Of a stretch of DNA of 52,208 nucleotides, positions 43,204 through 52,109 are shown one piece after another. Origin of the DNA: a virus; the IMG/VR virus record IMGVR_UViG_3300030330_006035, positions 1 to 52,208 of that record; one strand, given 5' to 3'. A program made the position numbers and the translations under genes. The stretch's first letter is position 1, and the number at the start of each line of letters is the position of its first letter. The notes under the pieces are model-generated. The model did not search any database and was not told the DNA's origin. It worked only from the letters and a program-made list of their open reading frames with translations.

Positions 43204-45254
43204 CTAGGGGCTCCTGCGGGCTGCGGTTGTTGTGGTCGAGGCATCTGCCTGCCTTGTGCAGCCATTCTATTCATCGCCGCATCTTCAGGCAGCGGCACGC
43301 CTTCTGGGAGGACATTCCCAAGTCCCTGCTGGAGGAACTGCTTGTACTTCATAAACTCATCCTGGACTTCAGGTGCCGCCAAGGACATCTGAGGGCCAGC
43401 CATGAAAGATGTTAGAACTCTCAACTGCAAATTAGGTAGCACAGTATGAGGGGTCAAAACAATTTCGCCTGGGGACTCCCCGTTTCCGTACAGAATCAGG
43501 CAGTTCTTGACCACCATCTCGTAGGCTGCTCGCTCCTCTTCCATGTAGATAGCGAAGTCAAGTCCTTCAGATAAAGACAGCAGCATAAGTCGCATGGGGT
43601 CCTGGAATCCAGGGGCGGCATAGAGTTGCAGCGCTTCTTGCTTTCGGGCAACCTCAGACCGGGGGTTGGTCTCTTTGATTGTGATTCCGAGGTTGGAGAT
43701 CACAGGCAGTGGGTTGTCGCTGAACGAGGCAAAGCCACTCTCAGGGTCAATCACGGCACCTGCAAGGTCAAGAGTGAGGTTGCTGACGGGTACAGCTCGG
43801 CGGCTAAGTGCAAGTGCACGAGCAGCTTGCGAGAGCATAGCGCGGTGGCTTTGAGAGAAGGCCTTCTCGATTGCCTTCATGGGGCTCATCATCAACTGCC
43901 GGTTCTTCTCATCAAGGAAGCCAAGCCCCGCAGCACTGTCGACTCGACCCTTGTTGGCGACGAGGTCGCGGAAGGGGTTGATCTGGTCGAGCAGCTGTTT
44001 AGCAAAGGCTGCGGTTTTGCCGGGCAAGTCTCCGGCTGTCATCGGAGAAATGTTGAACGGACGGAAGCCGGGGTCAATAGCGTCTGGCTCGTAGGGAAGA
44101 ACACGTAGCCCGCGTCCTACGTCACGCAGAGCGGCACGCTCGTTGAACTGTCCTTGGGGTAGAACAAGGATGCCGTACTGGTCGATATCTCGGATATTGT
44201 TGAAGAGAGCCTTGAGTAGCTTCTCCATCTCACGACTCATAGAGAACAAGAGGTCGAAGAGGCCAGCCCCGTAGAAAGACCCTGTCTCCATAAAACGAGC
44301 AAAGCCGATGGGGCAGTAGACTTCCACATCGGTATACTCTTCGTCGACGATCACGTAGTCTCCCGAGCACATGACGTACCGGCTTACGGTATTCCTGTGG
44401 CCCATCAACCAAAGTTCGCGGATACGTACGAGGGAATACTTGGTCTTGTCTGTTGACGCACCGCCGCCTGGGATAGCGTAAGAACTGTTGTAGCGGGGGC
44501 TAGTGCCGACAGCGTTGAGGCGATCAGCAAAGTCTTCGTTGTCGTACGGCGCTTGGCCTGCTTCGACGTCGAAGTAGTACATCTTCTCAATGTTGGTCTT
44601 GATCTTGCGTCCGAACTTCTCGACGAGATAGTCCATGGGCACAATGCGCTCACGGATCAGACCACGCTGTTTGGTGTGGTCCATGCCGGTAGACGGGAAC
44701 GCATACAGCTCACGTGGGTGCACAACCTCGAGGTCAGAAGTCAGTCCCACTGTGGGGGAGTCAACAATGTGGCCTGCAATACCGCAAGACCCGCAAGAGG
44801 TCAGGATGTAAGCGAACTCTGTAAGTGTTTCTTCTGCACGCTCTCGAGACACCATAGCGTCCGAGATAACTTGGGCTATTGATCGGTCGCGGATCTGCTG
44901 CAGCGACGAACCGGAGCGGAGGATTTTGGGTCGGACGTCCATTGCAGACAAGACACCTACGACCCGATCAATAGCAGACAGGAGTTCCTGGCTTTGGAAC
45001 TCCATGTTTCCATCCTCATCAAGGTGGTGAGGTTGGAGAAGTCCTGTCTCAGGATCAAATACGTCGAAGCGGCGAGCGCCGTTCAGGTAGTACCACGCAA
45101 GAGACCACATCGTGTAGCGGTAGGAGTGGTTAGCTTCCTCCCGTTCAATGTGGCGGTCAATGATGCGACAGATAGCATCCTTGTCCTTGGTTAGTGTGTA
45201 GGTATCCTCAGGCATCGTCCTCGTCCGTTCTTGCCGCTGCGCCGCGAGGGACAT
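43200..45254 (-). CDS. Portal protein candidate (684 aa; alternative ATG at 45215).
   Basis: Size and position immediately downstream of the large terminase module. Confidence 0.65.
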   Translation of the reverse strand: MSLAAQRQERTRTMPEDTYTLTKDKDAICRIIDRHIEREEANHSYRYTMWSLAWYYLNGARRFDVFDPETGLLQPHHLDEDGNMEFQSQELLSAIDRVVGVLSAMDVRPKILRSGSSLQQIRDRSIAQVISDAMVSRERAEETLTEFAYILTSCGSCGIAGHIVDSPTVGLTSDLEVVHPRELYAFPSTGMDHTKQRGLIRERIVPMDYLVEKFGRKIKTNIEKMYYFDVEAGQAPYDNEDFADRLNAVGTSPRYNSSYAIPGGGASTDKTKYSLVRIRELWLMGHRNTVSRYVMCSGDYVIVDEEYTDVEVYCPIGFARFMETGSFYGAGLFDLLFSMSREMEKLLKALFNNIRDIDQYGILVLPQGQFNERAALRDVGRGLRVLPYEPDAIDPGFRPFNISPMTAGDLPGKTAAFAKQLLDQINPFRDLVANKGRVDSAAGLGFLDEKNRQLMMSPMKAIEKAFSQSHRAMLSQAARALALSRRAVPVSNLTLDLAGAVIDPESGFASFSDNPLPVISNLGITIKETNPRSEVARKQEALQLYAAPGFQDPMRLMLLSLSEGLDFAIYMEEERAAYEMVVKNCLILYGNGESPGEIVLTPHTVLPNLQLRVLTSFMAGPQMSLAAPEVQDEFMKYKQFLQQGLGNVLPEGVPLPEDAAMNRMAAQGRQMPRPQQPQPAGAPR

Positions 45255-45474
45255 AGCCCTCTGGTACGTACTGACGCACAGTTCTTACATCAGGTATGTT
45301 CATATCTTCTGAGACCCTTATCGAGGCGGGACTCTGTAACGGAGTTTTTTCCTGTTGTCCTACGACACCTCCGCCCTTGACGGTGTAGTAGACCTCCATG
45401 ACTCGCTCAAAAAAAGCGATGGGGACTACGACGTGGCTGGGGTGGACTTGTAGCTCAGATTTTGCTTCTTCCAT
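45208..45474 (-). CDS. Hypothetical protein (88 aa).
   Basis: ORF overlapping the TerL 3' end by 20 nt and the portal 5' end. Confidence 0.5.
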   Translation of the reverse strand: MEEAKSELQVHPSHVVVPIAFFERVMEVYYTVKGGGVVGQQEKTPLQSPASIRVSEDMNIPDVRTVRQYVPEGYVPRGAAARTDEDDA

Positions 45475-47518
45475 CAGGTTCCTGCTTTCTGCTTAGGAGA
45501 AGAGCGATGTCCTCTTGACTGAGGTTTTGTAGTGGTACTCCGAACAGGATAGGGTTTCCTTGGAGGTCGTGTGTCTCCCCTGACCGTAAAAGGTCTAGGA
45601 CGTTCGGTTCCTCTTCCGCCTCTTGTACCGCTTTGCCTGGCTTTCCTCGGATGATGTACATAGACATCGAGACAGTGTCCAGTTCGTCGTCGTGCTGGAG
45701 TCCGCCATCGCGGGCTTCTGGGTTAAACTGCTCGATCTGGTCGATCAGCGCACGCCACGGCTTTCTTTGCCTATCTCGCAAAGGGAGCTTGATCTTGCCG
45801 TAGTCAAAGCGGCGCAAGAGGGCGGCGATCTTTGCCGACTTGGAGGTCATGCCGGGGTTGAACTTCTTGATGCGGGGGAGGTGCTGTACGTTGGCCATGT
45901 CAGACGCACGGGTGCTGACGATGGAGTAAAGGGTGTCGTAGACGCTGAGTCCTTCTTTGATGCCCTCAACATGCACGCCGGGGCAACGCCACTTGTCAGC
46001 CATCTGTAGCACAGCGTCAATCAGCTTTTGCTGCTGGCACTGTGCTGACCACATGTCGAAGACAAACAACTCGTTCTCTTTGTTGACCCCCATGAGAGTA
46101 CAGACCTTGGAGTCTGAGTCTTTAGTGGAGGTGTACGAGGTGTCGACCGCCATGAACAAGCGACACGATGCAAGAAGGGAGCCAAGGCTTTGGCGCTTGA
46201 GCTCGTCGTTTGAATACCAACCCACTATAGTGTTGGAGCTATGTGGATCGACTTCGAACTGCTCATCCGGATCCTCAAACCAATATCCGTGCTTCTCCTC
46301 TTCTAGGTTCGGGAAGAAGACTTCGTCACCCCGCCCAGGCTGAGCCATGTATTCAGAGAGGTAGTTGGCAACCCCAATGGTCTCCTTGATCTCTTCGAGC
46401 GACACGCACTTTTTGAAACGCTCATCTTTGATTGCCAGCTGGTCACGTTCTTCGATTGTTGCTGGCCACATGTCTGGCCAGCAGCTTTTGGTAAGTCCTT
46501 GTTCATCTTGATACTCCGAGCGGATAATGATGCGGTCCCACTTGTTGAACCGGGGGTCACGTGCCTTGCCGCCTTCTACATCCATTGCGTGGAATGCGTA
46601 GTGACGACGAGACACAAACGTAGCAAGCCATCTAGCACCGCAGCCTGCGCGCATAACCATGGGAAGAACAACCTTGAAGAGCAGCTGATCCATGTACTCA
46701 CGGATGAGTGACATAGAGGTCGAGGCCTTCGGGTCATACTCTGGGTCGTCCAATACGTAGAGGCGCGGACGACCACCACGTTGCTTTGACTCCGCAGAGA
46801 TACAGCGCAGCGATGATCCGTTCATAAGCTGCATGTACGTATTGCCGTAGGGTGCCTCGCCTCGCTTGGGGGCTAGGCGTCCGTAAGGTGTCTCGGCGCC
46901 GAAGTCGTCGCTGATACGGGGGTTGAAGCTGTACTGGTCTTTGATGGACTGCCCGACGGACTTTGTATTGTCGCCCGTTGACGTAGCGTAAATTACGCTG
47001 AACTTGGGGCGTGCCAGAGTTTCTAGCAAGATTGTTTTCTTGACCAGACTGGACTTTGCGGATCCGCGAGGAGCGATTGCGATTGAAAGTCTTTCGGTTG
47101 CCCATTGTCTTGCGATGTCGTAATGCATCTCCGGTGTAGGTAGTGGCGTGTCGTCATAGAACATCGGGTCGAACTCAACATCCAAGTCTGGATGGAGGTA
47201 GTAGAAGTCGAGGAAGTTCAATGATGCGACATACGCTTCTGCCTTCTGCCGGTCAGTAAGACCAGGAACCAGAAACTGTCTGCATGCGTTTGTTCGGGCT
47301 TGACGTTGTCCCTCTTCCGACAGCTCCATGTAGTCTGCCGGAAGGGGGTACAGGTCGTTGGGGGTAATCAGCTTAGGAATCAACGTGTCGTTCCATTGCC
47401 TCCCGCATAAATACAGATACCGCTGCAAGTCTGCTGACCTGTGCAGCAACAAGACGTTCGTCGCCTCGCACCATAGACATACGCTCAAGTTCGATAGTGA
47501 CTGCTGCGTAAGGTGCAC
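45455..47518 (-). CDS. terL: Terminase large subunit. The true start is probably downstream (TTG 47383 or ATG 47329).
   Basis: Walker A-like IAPRGSAKSS, Walker B-like RLYVLDDPEYD and a C-terminal nuclease-like region (FMAVDTSYT...). The first ~45-63 codons overlap the ORF at 47373-47768. Confidence 0.8.
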   Translation of the reverse strand: MHLTQQSLSNLSVCLWCEATNVLLLHRSADLQRYLYLCGRQWNDTLIPKLITPNDLYPLPADYMELSEEGQRQARTNACRQFLVPGLTDRQKAEAYVASLNFLDFYYLHPDLDVEFDPMFYDDTPLPTPEMHYDIARQWATERLSIAIAPRGSAKSSLVKKTILLETLARPKFSVIYATSTGDNTKSVGQSIKDQYSFNPRISDDFGAETPYGRLAPKRGEAPYGNTYMQLMNGSSLRCISAESKQRGGRPRLYVLDDPEYDPKASTSMSLIREYMDQLLFKVVLPMVMRAGCGARWLATFVSRRHYAFHAMDVEGGKARDPRFNKWDRIIIRSEYQDEQGLTKSCWPDMWPATIEERDQLAIKDERFKKCVSLEEIKETIGVANYLSEYMAQPGRGDEVFFPNLEEEKHGYWFEDPDEQFEVDPHSSNTIVGWYSNDELKRQSLGSLLASCRLFMAVDTSYTSTKDSDSKVCTLMGVNKENELFVFDMWSAQCQQQKLIDAVLQMADKWRCPGVHVEGIKEGLSVYDTLYSIVSTRASDMANVQHLPRIKKFNPGMTSKSAKIAALLRRFDYGKIKLPLRDRQRKPWRALIDQIEQFNPEARDGGLQHDDELDTVSMSMYIIRGKPGKAVQEAEEEPNVLDLLRSGETHDLQGNPILFGVPLQNLSQEDIALLLSRKQEPDGRSKI

Positions 47519-47768
47519 GCATCATGCTGCCGACAAACATCTCGTTGTAGATCTTGGATGCTCCTGCTTCAGGAGTCTCCGCCCACATCGGTATCGGGTT
47601 CGGGATTGCCATGTCCTGAATCGCTGGCAGTCCATACTGGATCAGTTGTTGTGGGGTCAGGGACTTGAGATGATTCTCGACTGCGATCACTAGAGGGCTC
47701 CTCGGAACTTCTTTCTTGGGGGGAGTGGTGTTCGAGGTGGCCTTTTTCCGGGTTGTGGTTTTGGACAC
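47373..47768 (-). CDS. Hypothetical protein (131 aa), possibly a small terminase subunit by position.
   Basis: GTG start after AAGGAAGG. Basic N-terminus followed by a helical body. It lies immediately upstream of TerL. Confidence 0.5.
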   Translation of the reverse strand: MSKTTTRKKATSNTTPPKKEVPRSPLVIAVENHLKSLTPQQLIQYGLPAIQDMAIPNPIPMWAETPEAGASKIYNEMFVGSMMRAPYAAVTIELERMSMVRGDERLVAAQVSRLAAVSVFMREAMERHVDS

Positions 47769-48096
47769 GTGTCCTGCCTTCCTTGATCCTGCTGATCAAT
47801 TTGTTTGTGGAGACCACCTGCCGGACTTTCGATCCGTCTTCTCCGGTGGACTCGCGTACCTCACTCATGCTACCGACAACGCCGTTAGCAGTTGCAACGT
47901 CTTTGAGAATTGTCCGGAGATGCCGGAGACCGGCAAGTGATATCTTCGGATCTGGATCGCGCGCATGACGGATGGTGATCTCCATTTCTTCACGGGCGTC
48001 AAACCTCGATGCAAGAATCCCTTGTGCAGGTCCTTCCATCGTGAAGAAACCGACGATTGCGTCGTCGGGGTCAGGCGTTTTGATCTGTCCTTTCAT
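47569..48096 (-). CDS. Hypothetical protein (175-aa ORF, of which only about the first 110 aa look protein-like).
   Basis: The last ~65 codons (..HNPEKGHLEHHSPQERSSEEPSSDRS..) are low-complexity and overlap the ORF at 47373-47768 in another frame. Confidence 0.5.
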   Translation of the reverse strand: MKGQIKTPDPDDAIVGFFTMEGPAQGILASRFDAREEMEITIRHARDPDPKISLAGLRHLRTILKDVATANGVVGSMSEVRESTGEDGSKVRQVVSTNKLISRIKEGRTRVQNHNPEKGHLEHHSPQERSSEEPSSDRSRESSQVPDPTTTDPVWTASDSGHGNPEPDTDVGGDS

Positions 48097-48568
48097 AACT
48101 CTTTTCCTGCTGAGCCTTCCATGGTGCTTGGTGAATAGCAGCGTCTCGCATTCGTTCTGCTGCTTTACGTGCAGACTCGCGCACCTGTCGAGTCATTTCT
48201 ACGCCATTGACCTTCTTGGCTGCAATCAGCTCTGTCGCCAGCGTCTCATAGTTTTGTAGGATCTCGTCGGGTTCAAGATTCACTCGTGCCTTGAGGTCTT
48301 TGCGGTAGGACATAGGTGCCGACCCCGGAAACAGGAAGTTCTCGTTGCCGATTCGGGTCACCGCAGCCATTGCCATCTCGAAACGGTGCATGTCTACGTA
48401 CACCCCCTCACCGATGAATATCACCGGTACTCGGAGGTTTGCACAGAGTGCACGGAATCCCTTTGTCGTAATACCACACCCCATCGCCTGGATATACTCA
48501 CTCTCTTCCATCAAGCGTACGCCTGATCCGAAAGAAATGAAGGTTTGGGGGTTGCTCTTGCCTGGCAT
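48071..48568 (-). CDS. Hypothetical protein (165 aa).
   Basis: ORF with protein-like composition in the late arm. Confidence 0.6.
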   Translation of the reverse strand: MPGKSNPQTFISFGSGVRLMEESEYIQAMGCGITTKGFRALCANLRVPVIFIGEGVYVDMHRFEMAMAAVTRIGNENFLFPGSAPMSYRKDLKARVNLEPDEILQNYETLATELIAAKKVNGVEMTRQVRESARKAAERMRDAAIHQAPWKAQQEKSYERTDQNA

Positions 48569-48579
48569 ACCTGGTATGT

Positions 48580-50247
48580 TTACCCGCCCATGCCGAAGAA
48601 GTTGCGAAGAGGTTGTCTCACATTCTGGTCAAACGAGCTTGGGAAGCCTGTGCTCATAGGGACTCCCGCTTGTTGCTGACCTCGACGCATCTTGCCTTGA
48701 AGGCTTCCTGCCAGCGTTTGCCGCTGGTCAAGAAGTTTGGCGACTCGGTCTTTCTTCTTGAGTTCGTCGACCTCGATTTTGAGGGTTTGCTCCAGCGCGT
48801 CAAGCTCGTTTCCCCCCATCATCGGGAACTGGCTGGTGATGGGTTGCATCATGTCTCGTTGGGCTGCTTGCCCAGACCGGAGGTCTTCTCGGATACCTTG
48901 AATGAACCCTCGTGGTTGCCCCAAAGGCTCCCCGGAAGTTTCTCCTCGGCGGTATCGCGCGGCCTCCCGTGCAGCTTCGGTAGGCACGAACATGCCTCCT
49001 TGAGCCTCGAGGGCGTAGCCTTGGGCGGGCTGGCCGGTAGCAGGACCTCCCGGTTGAGTAGGGGCAGAGCCGACGGCGCCGGGAGCAACTCGAGTCCTTC
49101 CGGCTTCAAATTCTTCTCGGGTAGTCATTCGCTGGGAAAGTCGCTGAGAAGGAGTCAGCCCATCGCCTGGCGCAGCAGGATTTGGGATTGCCTGTGCTGG
49201 AGCAGCAGCAGGAGCCTGCACGGGTTGAGGCGCCGCAGTTGCGGCGGGTTGCCCAACAGGGCCGCTAGCCTGAGGGACAGGTCCAAAGTCCAGAATGTCC
49301 CTCATCATCATTTGGTTTTCAGCCTCAACGTCGATAGGGGTGTTGTTGGGGCCTCGTCGATCTCCTGCTTGCGGGCGGGGAGCACCTACGAAGTTAGGGT
49401 CATATCGCTCAAGGACATCTATGAGTCCTTCATCGTTGCGGATAGCGTCGAGCCGCGCTGTATCAATCGAGGTCAAAGCGTCATTTGCTGCAAGACCGAG
49501 CTGCTCTACGCTTTGAGCAAGATCCATGCGTGCCTGGCCGGGAGTATAGTCGGCGCTGGTGGGCTGGGGATCAGCCGCGGGCGTTATCCCGGGCTTCTTC
49601 GCGTCGTCCATCATGGTTTTAAGTTGCTCTTTGATCTCGTCTTGGAGCTTCTTTTCTTGGCGCTGCTTGTAAGAAGGCGCTCCTTTTCCAAGTCGCTGCT
49701 CACGACGACTCTTGTTTTGGTTGCGCATCCGCTCTTGGGCAAACTCTCGATCTCTTTGCCGTTCCAACGCACGTTCTCGAGCAGACTCACGGGCCTCTTC
49801 TCGTTTTTGAAGTCTGTCTTCTCGTCGTTCTGCACTGGACATGATAAGACCTGCATCAACCAGATCTTGTTTTGTGACGAGGCCTCGAAGTTCGTTGGCG
49901 GGAATGCCCGCAGCACGACCAAGGATGACCATGTTGATGATGTCGAGCAGGCTGTTTTGTTTGCCTTTTGCTCCAACCGCTGCGTTGAGTCGCTGCTGAA
50001 GTTTCCTCAACGATTCATTCGTCGTGCTGAGCTGAGGCAGCGGCGCGGGCTTAGCCTTTTGTTTGGTCTTAGGTTTCTTATCTTTGGTCGCATCCGCTCT
50101 GACAGGCCCCGTCGCTTTATCAAAAAATCGTTCTCCAGAATCAATCTCGACCAAGTTGTCGGGGGCAGGCTGGAAAATCTCTGGCAACTCAGAGGCCTCT
50201 ATGTCGAGGACTCGCTGGAAGTAATCAGGTAAGTTAGCTGAACTCAT
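48580..50247 (-). CDS. Low-complexity charged and P/A/Q-rich protein (555 aa from ATG 50247), first gene of the leftward arm.
   Basis: ATG at 50247 preceded by GGAG. E/R/K/Q-rich composition is protein-like, whereas the 539-aa antisense ORF (48613-50232) is S/L/R-rich. Confidence 0.65.
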   Translation of the reverse strand: MSSANLPDYFQRVLDIEASELPEIFQPAPDNLVEIDSGERFFDKATGPVRADATKDKKPKTKQKAKPAPLPQLSTTNESLRKLQQRLNAAVGAKGKQNSLLDIINMVILGRAAGIPANELRGLVTKQDLVDAGLIMSSAERREDRLQKREEARESARERALERQRDREFAQERMRNQNKSRREQRLGKGAPSYKQRQEKKLQDEIKEQLKTMMDDAKKPGITPAADPQPTSADYTPGQARMDLAQSVEQLGLAANDALTSIDTARLDAIRNDEGLIDVLERYDPNFVGAPRPQAGDRRGPNNTPIDVEAENQMMMRDILDFGPVPQASGPVGQPAATAAPQPVQAPAAAPAQAIPNPAAPGDGLTPSQRLSQRMTTREEFEAGRTRVAPGAVGSAPTQPGGPATGQPAQGYALEAQGGMFVPTEAAREAARYRRGETSGEPLGQPRGFIQGIREDLRSGQAAQRDMMQPITSQFPMMGGNELDALEQTLKIEVDELKKKDRVAKLLDQRQTLAGSLQGKMRRGQQQAGVPMSTGFPSSFDQNVRQPLRNFFGMGG

Positions 50248-50261
50248 CGAAAGGAATCTCC

Positions 50262-51671
50262 ATGATCGGAACACAGTCTAACCCAGTACAGAGCGGTGAG
50301 CCTGCAAAGGTAGCCGGGGCACTCTTACAGTCGCACTTCTTGACCCCAAACAACAGGCCGGGATTATGGACCCACCAAGGGGTGCACTACGTTTGGGAGG
50401 GTCACCGCTGGGTGCTGCACGATAGGGAGTGGTTGCGGGATGCCTGCTGGAATATGTTGGAGGACTTCCATATCAACAAGATGGTCAACGGCATGCCAGC
50501 GGTAGTCCGGTATGGGGTGGATCAGTCCAAGATCGCAAATGTGCTGGAGGCTCTGTCTGCCAAGACCCGGTTGCCTCACGTCAATGTTCCGTGTTGGCTG
50601 GGGTCTTCGGACATGGACGCCGCCCGGTGCATCACCTTCGAGGACGCTGTGGTAGAGGTCTCCAATGTCTCCAAAGTCACTGAACGGGACGAGTCTTGGT
50701 TCAGCCCCTCGGTCATCCCTTGCAAGTACGACCCTGAGGCTACGTGTTCTCTGTGGCTCAGCTGCCTTGAGCAGTGGAGCGGTGGAGACAAAGTGTGGAT
50801 TGAGCTGCTACAGCGGTGGTTCGGGTACTGCATGATGCCCCATAATGACTACGCACGGTGGTTTTTGATGTACGGCAAGGTGCGGTCGGGTAAAGGTACT
50901 ATCGCCAAGATCCTCGAAACGCTGCTGGGTCTGGACTCGTACTTCGGTGTCAGCCTCTACAGCCTCAGTAATCGGTTTGGGTTGGATGGGTTGCAGGCTG
51001 CACGGGTCATGTGCGTGCACGAGGTCAGTGAGTTGGATGGCCGTGAGGGTGAGCGGTGTACGCAGGTGCTCAAGAGTATTCTGGGTCAAGACCGTATCGA
51101 CATTGACCGCAAGGGTTTGTCCATGATCCGTAACGTGGTAATCCCTGCTAAGGCCATGATGCAGACTAACGAGATCCCTAAGTTGCCTAACAAAGGTCAG
51201 GGTCTTAGTAGCAAGATGCTGCTTCTGCCGTTTGACGTGTCATTCCACGGTAAGGAGGACGAGCGGTTGATCCACAAGTTGCGGGAGGAGTTGCCCGGTA
51301 TTGCAGCATGGGCGGTGCAGGGGGCACTGAAGTGTGAGAATGCGCAGACTAGCGCAGAAAGATTCCCGGTACCTGAGCGGAGTGCAGACGCGGTGCGACT
51401 GTACCTACAGACCAACAACCCGTTCGATAGCTTCCTTGAAGCCCGATTCGTACAGAATGACAATGGCTTCGTAGCAACAGAGATGATCTGGAAGCAGTGG
51501 GAAGACTGGGTCGAGAGAAACAAGGTACGAGGCATGCACATTAGCCGCAACCAAATCACCGTAAAGATAGAGCAGGAGAGCAGTTGGAACCTGCGGCGTT
51601 ACCGCCCGTGCGGCGGCAAACGTGGTTTGAAGGGCATGGTGCTCAGAACCAAGTATGATGACGAGGCATGA
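50262..51671 (+). CDS. SF3 helicase of the D5 / P4-alpha type (D5_N-like region plus NTPase). No recognisable primase domain.
   Basis: WIELLQRWFGYCMM (D5_N-like), Walker A MYGKVRSGKGT, Walker B-like VMCVHEVSE and motif C-like MMQTNEIP. Confidence 0.65.
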   Translation: MIGTQSNPVQSGEPAKVAGALLQSHFLTPNNRPGLWTHQGVHYVWEGHRWVLHDREWLRDACWNMLEDFHINKMVNGMPAVVRYGVDQSKIANVLEALSAKTRLPHVNVPCWLGSSDMDAARCITFEDAVVEVSNVSKVTERDESWFSPSVIPCKYDPEATCSLWLSCLEQWSGGDKVWIELLQRWFGYCMMPHNDYARWFLMYGKVRSGKGTIAKILETLLGLDSYFGVSLYSLSNRFGLDGLQAARVMCVHEVSELDGREGERCTQVLKSILGQDRIDIDRKGLSMIRNVVIPAKAMMQTNEIPKLPNKGQGLSSKMLLLPFDVSFHGKEDERLIHKLREELPGIAAWAVQGALKCENAQTSAERFPVPERSADAVRLYLQTNNPFDSFLEARFVQNDNGFVATEMIWKQWEDWVERNKVRGMHISRNQITVKIEQESSWNLRRYRPCGGKRGLKGMVLRTKYDDEA

Positions 51672-51919
51672 TGGATAATCCCGAAAAACCACTGACCTTT
51701 GTACCCACAGATGAGATTGTGCAGGAGCTGCACCGTCGTAATCCGGTCATGATGTTGGTTTTTGAGAAAGAACCCAGCGGTGATGATCCGTCAACCTTGA
51801 ACATTTACGGCCCTGAGGGCACGGCAGCGGGTCTTGCCCGTGCTCTCGGGTTGTTAGAGGCCGCAAAACAGCAGATGCAGTTTGACTTTCTGCTAATGAA
51901 TCGGGTCAGCGGCAAGTAA
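51668..51919 (+). CDS. Hypothetical protein (83 aa).
   Basis: ATGA overlap with the helicase gene. Confidence 0.6.
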   Translation: MMDNPEKPLTFVPTDEIVQELHRRNPVMMLVFEKEPSGDDPSTLNIYGPEGTAAGLARALGLLEAAKQQMQFDFLLMNRVSGK

Positions 51920-52109
51920 AATACCAGCATACCGGGGTTAAACCAGGCATTTGCGTCTGTACTTGCATACATATAATACTTACCGACTAACTGTAGAGAG
52001 TATGGTATATGCGGATTGACTGGGCAAAACGCCTGTGACGTCCGATACAACGTGACGCGTCACGGTATAGACCTGGTATGACGTGGATTCCCAGAGAAAA
52101 ACCACCTTT
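51920..52109. promoter_or_regulatory. Non-coding control region (continues through 1-127). Candidate early promoter and/or origin.
   Basis: TTGCGT (51951-51956), 15 nt, then TATAAT (51972-51977). Perfect palindrome GTGACGCGTCAC (52052-52063), with further GTGACG/GACGTG and GGTAT repeats. It is the only non-coding stretch longer than 300 nt in the genome. Confidence 0.5.

Noticed and set aside
41447-43392. Plus-strand ORFs of 306 aa (41447-42367) and 216 aa (42742-43392) over the capsid and scaffold genes.
   Set aside because: They are shadow ORFs antisense to well-supported late genes. Composition is R/L/V/C-rich, there are no RBSs and the orientation is opposite to the operon.
48613-50232. 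539-aa plus-strand ORF, one of the longest in the window.
   Set aside because: It is the exact antisense of the minus-strand ORF 48580-50274. Its composition is S/L/R/C-rich with no motifs, typical of a shadow ORF in stop-poor GC-rich sequence. The minus frame is E/K/Q/A/P-rich, has an RBS and fits the arm's orientation.
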